Below, piece by piece: positions 16,625-25,135 of a DNA stretch of 35,895 nt. Position numbers and translations under genes: made by a program. The notes under the pieces are model-generated. The model ran no database searches. It was not told the origin of the DNA and worked only from the letters and a program-made list of their open reading frames with translations. The stretch is from Planctomycetia bacterium (GTDB lineage Bacteria > Planctomycetota > Planctomycetia > JALXBF01 > JBGPMX01), in the NCBI GenBank assembly GCA_041487215.1, contig JBGPMX010000002.1, positions 1-35,895 of the forward strand. The letters are read 5' to 3'. The stretch's first letter is position 1. The number at the start of each line of letters is the position of its first letter.

Positions 16625-17731
16625 CTACACGCTGAGCTGTCGGTCGCGAGCCGCCACCGCCCATCGGCCGGCCACGCGGCCGTGCTCGATCACGTACGCT
16701 TCTTTGTGCAGCGCGCAGGTCGGGCAGATGTGCGTCGGGCAGGCGAGCAGGGCGTCGCCCGGCCGGTAGTCGGCGGCGCGCGGCGTCTCCACCACCAGAT
16801 GCTCCTCGTTCTGAAGCACGAACCGCGCGTCGGGCAGATCGAGCAGCGCCAGGCGGTCCCCCTTGGGATCCGACGCGACCGCCTTGTAACCCAGGTCCAG
16901 GCACATGCGATTGTCGGACGGGCGGCTCACGACGCGCGTGAGCAGCATGGCGGCGCGCTGGAAGCCGAGCTCCGGATAGCGCGTGCCGTACCCCTGATCG
17001 TGCAGTACGCAGGTCCCCGGCGCACACTCGACCCCCGGCACCTTCGCGAAGATCGGGAACGTGGGGGTTCCCCCACAGACGATGCGCGGCACCTCGAGCC
17101 CGGCGCGCTCGAGCTGCTGGCGGAACGAGAAGACCGCCTCGAGCAGTTCGCGGACCGCCGCCTCGCGCTCGGCCGCGCGCTCCTGGTTGTTGTGCCCGTC
17201 GTAGACGTGCAAGCCGCCGGGGCGCAGGCCGGGCAGCTCGGCGATCAGCCGGTACAGGTTCAGCGCGCGGTCGTCGAGCGGCAGGCCGGTGCGGTGCTGC
17301 CCGACGTCCACGTCCAGCATGACGGAAACTTCGACGCCCGCAGCGGCGACCACGCCGGAGAGCGCGCGGGCGGGCTCGGGATCATCGGCAATGACGATGA
17401 AATGGCATGCCGGGTATTTCTGGGCCAGCCGAACCAGCCGCTGCTGGTTCGGCCCGACCATGGGGTAGGCGATGAGCACGTCGCGGGCGCCGGTGGAGGC
17501 GAGCAGCTCTGCCTCGGCGATCGTGGCGCACTTGTGCTTGCTGATTCCCATCGCCAGTTCCATGGCGACGATCTCGCGCATCTTATGCGTCTTCACGTGC
17601 GGGCGGAGCTTCGCGGCCGTCCCCGCGACCTCGATCATGCGCCGCAGGTTGCTCTCGATCAGCTCCTTGTAAAGGACCAGGGCGGGACTAAAAATGGTTT
17701 CCGCGTCATCGATGCGATAGCAGCTGTCCAT
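16625..17731 (-). CDS. D-TA-family PLP-dependent enzyme (D-threonine aldolase / D-serine dehydratase-like, alanine-racemase fold)
   Basis: The ATG at 17731 is preceded by GGGAGGA. The N-terminus is MDSCYRIDDAETIFSPALVLYKELIESNLRRM...KLRPHVKTHK, with the PLP lysine in the HVKTHK motif. The C-terminal D-serine-dehydratase-like domain reads ...CPTHICPTCALH. The 91-codon extension of the longest ORF (to 18004) was rejected. Confidence 0.85.
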   Translation of the reverse strand: MDSCYRIDDAETIFSPALVLYKELIESNLRRMIEVAGTAAKLRPHVKTHKMREIVAMELAMGISKHKCATIAEAELLASTGARDVLIAYPMVGPNQQRLVRLAQKYPACHFIVIADDPEPARALSGVVAAAGVEVSVMLDVDVGQHRTGLPLDDRALNLYRLIAELPGLRPGGLHVYDGHNNQERAAEREAAVRELLEAVFSFRQQLERAGLEVPRIVCGGTPTFPIFAKVPGVECAPGTCVLHDQGYGTRYPELGFQRAAMLLTRVVSRPSDNRMCLDLGYKAVASDPKGDRLALLDLPDARFVLQNEEHLVVETPRAADYRPGDALLACPTHICPTCALHKEAYVIEHGRVAGRWAVAARDRQLSV

Positions 17732-17909
17732 GAATGTCCTCCCGTACGTTGCCACGAGGATATGCGAGGGGAGGACCCGGGGCAATCGGCCGGCCTTTTT
17801 GCATTTCGCGCCGGGGCCCCCAAGCTGGGCAGTGGTTAAACACCGACCGGCGGCTTGCTGGGGTGGCTGTGGCGGAGTCTTGCGACGCGACGGCGACACA
17901 ATGCTGTGC

Positions 17910-18138
17910 AACCCCTGCGGGGTAGGTTGTGGGCTGCTCCGAGTACCCAGGGTGGCGCGGCAGCGGCTGTCGCCGTTCCGCTTCCCCTGGGCTATGGCGT
18001 ACAACCGCTTCGCGGTACCACGGTGGCGCTTGCCGCTCTTCTACGCCGCAGGCGTTATACTCCGCAGCCCAGGGTCAGCGGCGTAGCCGCGCCACCCTGG
18101 GTGACCGGTCCGATTGAGCCGCGTACCCCGCAGGGGTT
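17910..18138. other. Nested inverted repeats: candidate structured RNA or MITE-like element in the 492-bp spacer between the CHAT and D-TA genes
   Basis: AACCCCTGCGGGGTA (17910-17924) is the reverse complement of 18124-18138. ACCCAGGGTGGCGCGGC (17945-17961) is the reverse complement of 18086-18102. The non-complementary spacers between the two stems are 20 and 21 nt. The 124-nt interior contains further CCCAGGG/CCCTGGG pairings and small hairpins such as ACCGCTTCGCGGT. Confidence 0.6.
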
Positions 18139-18223
18139 CTACAAGCCCACGCGATGCCGGCCGTCGCAGCGCCGCGTCATGCGTCGCGTCGGATCCGGCC
18201 CCGGCCTCCGGCCGCATGGCGAG

Positions 18224-20008
18224 TCACGTCTCTTTCAGAACGAAGCCGTGGCTGCCGTAGTGGATGTAGTCGGCCCAGTCCACCGAATCCAGGTCGCGTA
18301 CGCGGGTGCGTCCGTCGCAGAGCGCCTGGCCGATCGGTTTTCCGGCCATGAGTCCGGCGTAAAACGTCTCGGCGAAGCACTTCGCCGAAGCGTCCCCCAC
18401 CGGCCAGTACGTTCCCACATAGTTGGCCACGCCGCCGCGCAGGAACGCCTCGGCCAACCCCGCGCTCCGCTCGATCCGCTTCCGCATGCCGTGCGGCGGC
18501 TCGGCGGCGTGAGGCGCGCGGACGCGGCCCGCCTCGCACGCGTTGAAGAACACCAGGCTCGGCAGGTTGCCCAGCCCGGCCAGGTCGGCGCCGGTAAGCG
18601 CCAGGCCGCCGTGGCAGACGACGCCGCTCTGCGCCGGATCGGCCGGATCGAAGAACGCGTGGCCGGCGTAGTGGATCACGTCGTACTGCCCGGAGCTGAA
18701 CGCTTCCCGCAAAACGTCCCGAGTTGCCGCGGCCCCGCGCAACTCGCGCAGGGTGATCGTCGCGCTGCCCGCAAACCAGCGGCGCACCCGATCTCCCTCC
18801 TGCTCGGCCCCCGGCAGATCGCCGGTCGGGTTCACGACCAGCAGGACGCTGAGGACTGGCTGGCGCTGCCGTTCCGCGAGCCACTTGGCCACCGAGAGGT
18901 TCTCGGCGGCGTAGCGGCGGCTCAGCCCCTTGTCCAGGGCCGGGGCACGGCCCGCCACGCGCAGCGTCTCCCACGGCATGCGTGACGCGGGCGCGTCATG
19001 CACCAGGACCAGGTGGCGATCGCCCAGGTGCGCGAGCGCATCGAGCACCCGCGCGCCGAGCACCAGCGGCGCCAGGCGGCCGCCGAAGTCCTCCAGCGCC
19101 GCGCAGTCCAGCGCGGGGGACGCCAGCTCCTCGAGCAACTCGTCGAGCTCTCGGCCGCCGCGCTGCACGCGGTCCGAAATCACAGTCGCTTTCGCACCGG
19201 CGGTAAGCAGCGCGGATTGGATCTCGAGCTTGCCCCGCCCCGCGTCGGTCTGGCGGACGATGAGATAGACCGGGTCTTCCCGCTCCGCGAGCGCGCGCGC
19301 CACGGCCGGCGCCGCTGCGGGCTCGGGAAGCCTCACCTCTTCCAGATCGATATCGAAGCCTTCCACCAGGGGCGTGCGGGCGAGCCGAGCGATCTCGCGG
19401 CGGATCTCCCGGTAACGAACCCGGTTCGTCTCGCAGATCGTGATCCGCCGCACCCGCCGATCGCGGTCGGCGTCGCGCAGCCCGCGCAGGAACCCGCTGA
19501 CCAGATTGGTGAGCGAGCCGGCCACGCCCCGGCCCGAGCCGCTACCAATGAGCACCGTCGCGAAGTCGTCGATCGCCGTGCGGGCGAGCAGCCGGACCAT
19601 GTTCTCGGCGGCGAGCTGCTGGAGCTGGTCGTTGAACCGGTCGAACGGACCGAGCCCAACGAAGACGATCATGTCGGCGCGGACCGGGTGGCGGCCGGTG
19701 GGCAGGACGAAGAGCTCTCCGGCGTTCGCCGCGAACATGCGTCGGGCGGTGAAGTCGGCGATCGCGCCGCCGAGCCGTGCGTCGATGGCGCGTGCCGGGC
19801 CACTCGGTACGACGTTCGGAAACATGCCGAGCACGTAAGCCTGCGCGTCCGCCTCGGTGATGCTGCCCAGAGCCAGGCGGATGTCGAGCCGCTGCGCACC
19901 GTGAGGCACCACCGCGCGGCGAGGACGCGTGCGGCCGGCCCCGCTTCTCTTTCGCCCGGCAGCGTGTCGCGTCCCGCGTGCCTTGTCGTCCTTCTTGGGC
20001 ATCGGCAT
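18224..20008 (-). CDS. CHAT-domain (caspase-fold) peptidase with an N-terminal M17-aminopeptidase-N-terminal-like (macro-fold) domain
   Basis: The ATG at 20008 lies 4 nt downstream of AAGGAGA. The longer track ORF (to 20155) was rejected. CHAT hallmarks: HLVLVHDAPASRMPWETL, catalytic His in DVIHYAGHAFF, catalytic Cys in LVFFNACEAG. The N-terminal block AQAYVLGMFP..IDARLGGAIADFTARRMFAANAGELFVLP..ADMIVFVGLGPFDRFNDQLQQLAAENMVRLL aligns by eye with the PepA N-domain ([58 protein letters not shown]). Confidence 0.85.
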   Translation of the reverse strand: MPMPKKDDKARGTRHAAGRKRSGAGRTRPRRAVVPHGAQRLDIRLALGSITEADAQAYVLGMFPNVVPSGPARAIDARLGGAIADFTARRMFAANAGELFVLPTGRHPVRADMIVFVGLGPFDRFNDQLQQLAAENMVRLLARTAIDDFATVLIGSGSGRGVAGSLTNLVSGFLRGLRDADRDRRVRRITICETNRVRYREIRREIARLARTPLVEGFDIDLEEVRLPEPAAAPAVARALAEREDPVYLIVRQTDAGRGKLEIQSALLTAGAKATVISDRVQRGGRELDELLEELASPALDCAALEDFGGRLAPLVLGARVLDALAHLGDRHLVLVHDAPASRMPWETLRVAGRAPALDKGLSRRYAAENLSVAKWLAERQRQPVLSVLLVVNPTGDLPGAEQEGDRVRRWFAGSATITLRELRGAAATRDVLREAFSSGQYDVIHYAGHAFFDPADPAQSGVVCHGGLALTGADLAGLGNLPSLVFFNACEAGRVRAPHAAEPPHGMRKRIERSAGLAEAFLRGGVANYVGTYWPVGDASAKCFAETFYAGLMAGKPIGQALCDGRTRVRDLDSVDWADYIHYGSHGFVLKET

Positions 20009-20300
20009 TTTCTCCTTTGCGTCGCGATGCTGCATGCGTCTAACAAAACCGTCGCTGCCGATCCAGAGCGGAACCGGTCCGTGTCCCGAGAAAGGCTCTG
20101 TCTCGTTCGGCGCGGGGCTCCGAAGAGTCGCTTGCGTGGGGGGCAGAATGAACATCCGGTTTTAGATCGGATGGGCTAGGCCGTGTCCGGTCATCGCGCA
20201 GTAGCCCCAAAACGCGAGCGAGCAACGAGCCTGGCGCGTAGAATCGACGCGTACGTGAAGAATCAATTGGAGTGTTGAACGCTCGAAGTGTTGAGTTGTT

Positions 20301-20340
20301 GTCATCCTGAGCGGAGCGCGGCACGAGCGGAGCGAAGGAC
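20301..20340 (+). repeat. Interspersed repeat family A copy
   Basis: GTCATCCTGAGCGGAGCGCGGCACGAGCGGAGCGAAGGAC in the divergent spacer between the CHAT and GH-like genes. It is preceded by AGTGTTGA-type motifs. Confidence 0.8.
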
Positions 20341-20434
20341 CTGGGTGATCCTTCGGGCATCCCGCGCCGCGAAGATGGGCTGTGCTCGCGATGACTGCTC
20401 GATCGGCTCTTTGGGCAAACCCGAAAGGACAACG

Positions 20435-21586
20435 ATGGCCGTCGCCAGACTTCACGGGACGCTCGCGCTCTTGCTCGCGGCATTCGGTTACGCCCTGCTG
20501 GTCTGCCTGGCTCTCGCGCCGGCGCGCCGTTGCGCCGCAGCGGACGCTGGGGCGGCCTCGCCGCGCCACACCGAGGTCTCCATCCACGGCGCCGCGTTTC
20601 ATATCAACGGCACGCCGACCTACGCCGGGCGCACGTTCCAGGGCAACACGATTGAGGGGCTGCTCCTGAACAGCCGCATGGTGCAAGGCATCTTCGACGA
20701 CCGCAATCCGCAAACGCGGTCGCGCTGGGCCTACCCCGATACCGCAGCCTGGGACCCGGAACGGAACACGCGCGAGTTCCTGGCCGCGATGCCGGAGTGG
20801 CGGCGGCACGGCCTGCTCGCCTTCACCATCAACCTGCAGGGGGGCAGCCCCGAGGGCTACAGCCGCGCGCAGCCCTGGCATAACTCGGCGTTCGAGCTGG
20901 ACGGCTCGCTGAGGGACGATTACCTGGACCGGCTCGGCAGGATCCTGGACCGCGCGGACGAGCTCGGCATGGTGGCCATCGTCGGCTACTTCTACTTCGG
21001 TCAGGACGAGCGGTTGCACGACGAGGCCGCGGTCAGGCGCGGCGCGGAGCACGCCACGCGCTGGCTCCTCGAGCACGGCTACAGGAACGTGCTGGTCGAG
21101 CTGAATAACGAGTGCAACGTGCGCTACGATCACGCGGTGCTGCAGCCGGAGCGCGTGCATGAGCTGATGCACGCGGTCCGCGCGATCACGCGCGACGGCC
21201 GCCGCCTGCTGGTCGGCACCAGCTACGGCGGGGGAACCGTGCCGGGCGAGAACGTGGTCCGCGCGTCCGACTTCCTGCTCATGCACGGAAACGGTGTGAA
21301 CGACCCGGCACGCATCGCAGAAATGGTGCGGCAAGCGCGTGCGGTGCCCGGCTATCGGCCGATGCCGGTTTTGTTCAACGAGGACGACCACTTCGACTTC
21401 GACCGCCCGATGAACAACATGCTCGCCGCGATCGCCGCCTACGCCTCGTGGGGCTATTTTGATCCGGGAACGAACAACTACCGGGACGGCTATCAATCGC
21501 CGCCGGTGCGTTGGGACATCAACACCGATCGCAAGCGGGCCTTCTTCGAGAGGGTAGGCGAGGTCACGGGATCCGGCACCCCGTAG
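20435..21586 (+). CDS. Secreted (beta/alpha)8 glycoside-hydrolase-like protein (clan GH-A / GH5-like), specificity unknown
   Basis: The ATG at 20435 follows AAAGGA. The signal/anchor is MAVARLHGTLALLLAAFGYALLVCLALA. A candidate acid/base NE motif is in VLVELNNECN, and a candidate nucleophile is in PVLFNEDDH. The family call is from motif pattern only. Confidence 0.55.
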   Translation: MAVARLHGTLALLLAAFGYALLVCLALAPARRCAAADAGAASPRHTEVSIHGAAFHINGTPTYAGRTFQGNTIEGLLLNSRMVQGIFDDRNPQTRSRWAYPDTAAWDPERNTREFLAAMPEWRRHGLLAFTINLQGGSPEGYSRAQPWHNSAFELDGSLRDDYLDRLGRILDRADELGMVAIVGYFYFGQDERLHDEAAVRRGAEHATRWLLEHGYRNVLVELNNECNVRYDHAVLQPERVHELMHAVRAITRDGRRLLVGTSYGGGTVPGENVVRASDFLLMHGNGVNDPARIAEMVRQARAVPGYRPMPVLFNEDDHFDFDRPMNNMLAAIAAYASWGYFDPGTNNYRDGYQSPPVRWDINTDRKRAFFERVGEVTGSGTP

Positions 21587-21700
21587 GGGGTCCGTTGTTA
21601 CTCCGCGCGTCGTACCCGTGTTTTCTCCCGCCCCGCCCATCGCTTGAATGAGTGCGGCTCTGGGCGTGCCACCCGAACTCTCCGCGCGCCACCTAGATCC

Positions 21701-22966
21701 CTACTGACTGTAGCGCCGGATCAGCGGTTCGATCTGGCGCTGGCCGGCGAGCAGTCGCACGCGGCGACGCGCGTAACCGAATCCGAACACGGGGGCGAAT
21801 CCCCACTGGTGATCGACGACCGTCAGCGCGGTCGCCACGTCGTCTGTGGCAAGCTGGCGGCGGCCGGCGCCGGCCGCCAGCCAGCGCGCGATCCAGAGGA
21901 TCGCCGGGTAAGTGAGCGCAAGGCTATAAAACCCCTCGATCATCGGCACGCCGTAAAACGGGTTACCGAAGAACTGAATCCCTGTGGTCTTGATGCGGTA
22001 GTAGCGCTCGAGCATCGCGCCCGCGTCGGGGGGCGGCCCGCCGAACGGCTGCTCGACCTGGTCGAACGCGACCTCGCCGAAGAGCGGCTGCAAGCGCGGG
22101 ATGATGCCGCGCCCCCGCGCGAACCGTCGCGCCGCCTGCAAAAGCCGCCAGCGGCCGGCCAGCCCGCTGCGCAGATGCGGTGACAGGTCCTTGCGGGCGC
22201 ACTGCGCCACCATCAGCCGGAACAGCACGCCGGCCCACGGCGCACACTCGGGCGTCGCACCCGCGTCCGCCACGCAGGCGTCCCAGGCGAGGTCCAGGAA
22301 CGCGCGGAACCGCTTGCCCTGGAGCTTGTCGAACTGGGCCTCTTCGAGCAGCCGGACGAACGCCAGAGCGCGGATCAGCCGTGCCGGGAGTTCGACCGCG
22401 CGATCCGCCAGAAGCCGCTCGATCATGTCGATGCAGGCGAGCAGGTCGGGCCAGGCCAGCTGCTGCCGTGCCCCGAGCGCCGCGGTCGGGACCGGCCTGG
22501 CCCCGGCCGGGACGAGCTGGCGCGCGTATTGCCGGATCTGCTCTTCCTGATCGGCTACCGGTCGGCCCAGGTTGCGCGCGGCGGACGGGCAGCTGAACCG
22601 CACGCTCACGCGCAACTCGTCGCCGGCCGGCACGAGCATGTACGGATAGAGCTGGCAGGCGATCGGCTTGGCGGTCTCGCCGAACTCCGCGTGGATGCGG
22701 CAGAGCCCCCGCTCGTCGAGAAAGACGCAGGAGCCGTCCGCGCGGTGCGCCAGACGATATTCCTTGCGCCAGCGCGGTCCGCGGTAGGGCACGAAGAGGG
22801 GCCCATCGTGAAAGCCCGGCCGCGCGGCCCAGCCCTGTGCCTCGATCCGTTGCCGCTCCTCGTCCGTGACCGTCACGAAGTACTCGCGGCAGCAATTTCC
22901 GCAGCTGTGGCAGCTCCAGTTCTGGATGACGGGCAGCCGGCGGATCCGGAACTTCATGTCGTCCAT
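21701..22966 (-). CDS. YkgJ/FliB-like CxxCxxCC cysteine-cluster protein (flagellin lysine-N-methylase-like family)
   Basis: The N-terminus has WSCHSCGNCCREYFVTVTDEE followed by GSCVFLDERGLCRIHAEFG...KPIACQLYPY, the YkgJ-type zinc/iron-sulfur cluster pattern. The longest ORF starts at a TTG at 22987. I use the ATG at 22966, and 22957 is also possible. Confidence 0.65.
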   Translation of the reverse strand: MDDMKFRIRRLPVIQNWSCHSCGNCCREYFVTVTDEERQRIEAQGWAARPGFHDGPLFVPYRGPRWRKEYRLAHRADGSCVFLDERGLCRIHAEFGETAKPIACQLYPYMLVPAGDELRVSVRFSCPSAARNLGRPVADQEEQIRQYARQLVPAGARPVPTAALGARQQLAWPDLLACIDMIERLLADRAVELPARLIRALAFVRLLEEAQFDKLQGKRFRAFLDLAWDACVADAGATPECAPWAGVLFRLMVAQCARKDLSPHLRSGLAGRWRLLQAARRFARGRGIIPRLQPLFGEVAFDQVEQPFGGPPPDAGAMLERYYRIKTTGIQFFGNPFYGVPMIEGFYSLALTYPAILWIARWLAAGAGRRQLATDDVATALTVVDHQWGFAPVFGFGYARRRVRLLAGQRQIEPLIRRYSQ

Positions 22967-23020
22967 CTTGGGAAGCCAGCGCGGCAACCCGAAGGCAAGC
23001 GCAGCGATCGGTCGCCGCGC

Positions 23021-24856
23021 CTACCGTGGCGCCTCGGGGTTTACGTACGGCAGCGATTTGAGGAATTCGATAAGGTCATCGATCTCGGCAGCACTGAGGT
23101 GGCTGGTGCGGCCGTGCTTGTCGCCGTGGTTCTGCTCGACGAGCACCTCGCGGAGCGTGCTCGCCTTGCCGTGGTGCAGGTAAGGAGCCGTGCGGTAGAT
23201 CCCGAGCAGTGTGGGAGTGTCGTACTTCGGGCCCATCTTCTCGCTCGGGTCGTCGCCGCCGGTTCCCACGTCATGCAGCTGGAACGGTTTAGCCGGTGAG
23301 CTGTCGGTGTAGTAGGGGCCCGAATGGCATGCGGCACAGCCGACGGCCGTGCTCGAGAAGAGAACGCGGCCGCGCTCGGCCGCGGGGCTGAGCCGGCCAG
23401 GCCCCGCGACGTGCGGGCTGAGCGTGTCCACCTCGAACGAGTTGCAGTACTCGGCGAGCGCATCGAGGTCGGCCGACCGCCCCGCGTTGGCGGCCCCCAG
23501 CGCGTCGTTGCAGACCCCCTGCATCAGGCCGCGGCCCTGCATGAGCGGGCTGCGGATCGTGATCTCGAAATCCTGGGCCTCGTCGCGGTCGGCCGACCAG
23601 TGGATCGGGTAGGTGTGCGCCATCCCCACCAGCGCGGTCGTGTTGCGCAGCCCTTCGGGGTTCTGCCACGTCCGGGCATCGCTGTGGCCGTCCGGATGGC
23701 AACTTGCGCAGGAGATCCAGCGCCGCCCTACCATCGGCTGAAGCGCGGAGTAGAACAGCAGCTTGCCCCGCAGGTGCTCCGCGGCATACGGCGGGTTGCA
23801 CGTCTTGATGCGGGCGACCGTCTCGAGCTTGTCGGCGTCGAACACCTGCACCTCGAAATCGAGCGTGTTGTCAATGTAGACCGTTTGCGAATCCGGCGAG
23901 ACGGCCACGGCGCGGGGGTTGTGCCCGAGCGGCACCAGGTCGCACACTTTCTCGATCTCGCGGTAGTTGTCGTCGAGCAGGCGCGACACGTGCATGTCGT
24001 TCGTGCCCGCGTAGATCGTGTAAATCCGCTCCGCATTCGGTGCGATCGCCGCCTCCCAGGGGTTCGCCACGGCGAAGAAGCCGTTGTAGGTGTCCATGGC
24101 AATCGGCTTGCGCCGCCGCTCCGCGCCGGGCTCGGTGTCCACCACCGCCAGGAACGGGAAGATGGAGCCCTCGCCGTGCGCCGTCTGGGTGCGCGAGCGG
24201 ATGTGCGAGACGTACGCCTTGGGGCGATGCGGGTGCAGCACCACGTGGCGCGCCAGGTTGTCCGACGCGCTCGCCTGCCAGCTGTCCACCACGCGGCCGC
24301 TCGCCAACTCGACTGCACGAAGGATGCCGGTGTAGTACTCCGTGACGTAGAGCCGCTCCCCGGTCCCGTCCAGCGCGATCCCGCGCAGGAACGGGCCGAC
24401 CGAGATCTCGCGCAAGATCGCCGGCGATTCCAGGTCGATCTCGCTCACTGTCCCCGGGTAATCGTGAGTCACGTACGCGCGGGTGCCGGCATCGTTCACC
24501 ACGACCCCGTACGGTTCGTCCGGGGTGGGCACGCGGGCGAGCACGTCGCCGGCTTGGAAATCGATGATCGCCAGCTGATCGTCCTTGTACAGGGTGACGA
24601 CTGCGCGCGGGCCGGACCCGACGATGGCCACGGATTCCGGCCGGCGCCCCACGGCGATCTCGCGCACGGTCTGTCGCTGGGCCGTGTCGATGACACTGAC
24701 GGTGCCGTTGTCCGCGTTCGCCACGAGCAGCCACGCGCCGTCACGCGTGAGGCTCATGAGGCTGTTGGATCCGGCATCGGCCGGCGCGGCGGGGAGGACC
24801 GGCAGGACGAGCAGAAGAACGGCGCAGGCGTGCGGTGCGAGCGATCGAGAGCTCAT
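23021..24856 (-). CDS. Secreted YVTN-type beta-propeller fused to a di-haem cytochrome c peroxidase-like (CCP/MauG) domain
   Basis: The ATG at 24856 gives the signal peptide MSSRSLAPHACAVLLLVLPVLPAAPADA. Propeller blades: DNGTVSVIDTA, YVTHDYPGTVSEIDL, LYVTEYYTGILRAVEL. Two haem-c motifs: SCASCHPDGHSD and GCAACHSGPYYTD. The 33-codon upstream extension was rejected. Confidence 0.8.
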   Translation of the reverse strand: MSSRSLAPHACAVLLLVLPVLPAAPADAGSNSLMSLTRDGAWLLVANADNGTVSVIDTAQRQTVREIAVGRRPESVAIVGSGPRAVVTLYKDDQLAIIDFQAGDVLARVPTPDEPYGVVVNDAGTRAYVTHDYPGTVSEIDLESPAILREISVGPFLRGIALDGTGERLYVTEYYTGILRAVELASGRVVDSWQASASDNLARHVVLHPHRPKAYVSHIRSRTQTAHGEGSIFPFLAVVDTEPGAERRRKPIAMDTYNGFFAVANPWEAAIAPNAERIYTIYAGTNDMHVSRLLDDNYREIEKVCDLVPLGHNPRAVAVSPDSQTVYIDNTLDFEVQVFDADKLETVARIKTCNPPYAAEHLRGKLLFYSALQPMVGRRWISCASCHPDGHSDARTWQNPEGLRNTTALVGMAHTYPIHWSADRDEAQDFEITIRSPLMQGRGLMQGVCNDALGAANAGRSADLDALAEYCNSFEVDTLSPHVAGPGRLSPAAERGRVLFSSTAVGCAACHSGPYYTDSSPAKPFQLHDVGTGGDDPSEKMGPKYDTPTLLGIYRTAPYLHHGKASTLREVLVEQNHGDKHGRTSHLSAAEIDDLIEFLKSLPYVNPEAPR

Positions 24857-25135
24857 GGCAGGTCCCGGGATGAATCGGTCTGAATGACGCGGCTCCGCGC
24901 GTGAAGACCGATTGTGACCGCTCGCCCGCCGGCGTGCCAGGGGGCGCCCTACCAATTTTGGATTTTGGATTGGGTCTCAGGTACAGCGTATGCAGTCGAG
25001 TCGGCCATGCGGTCTGCGCGGGACTCGCGATAGCACCGCTGGCGCGGGATGTTTAACCCCTGCCGCAGCGGGGCGGGCGCCGGAGATGACGGTCGGCGCA
25101 GCAACACGATCAGAGGAGCCAACCACGAGGCGAGG

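Noticed and set aside
17910-18138. Assigning the nested-stem element to a known RNA class (6S RNA, SRP RNA, riboswitch).
   Set aside because: I could not find the conserved SRP motif (GGAAGCAGCC-type) or any riboswitch core by eye. The perfect 15- and 17-bp stems look like a young repeat rather than a conserved RNA. It is kept as an unclassified candidate in the findings, not as an ncRNA feature.
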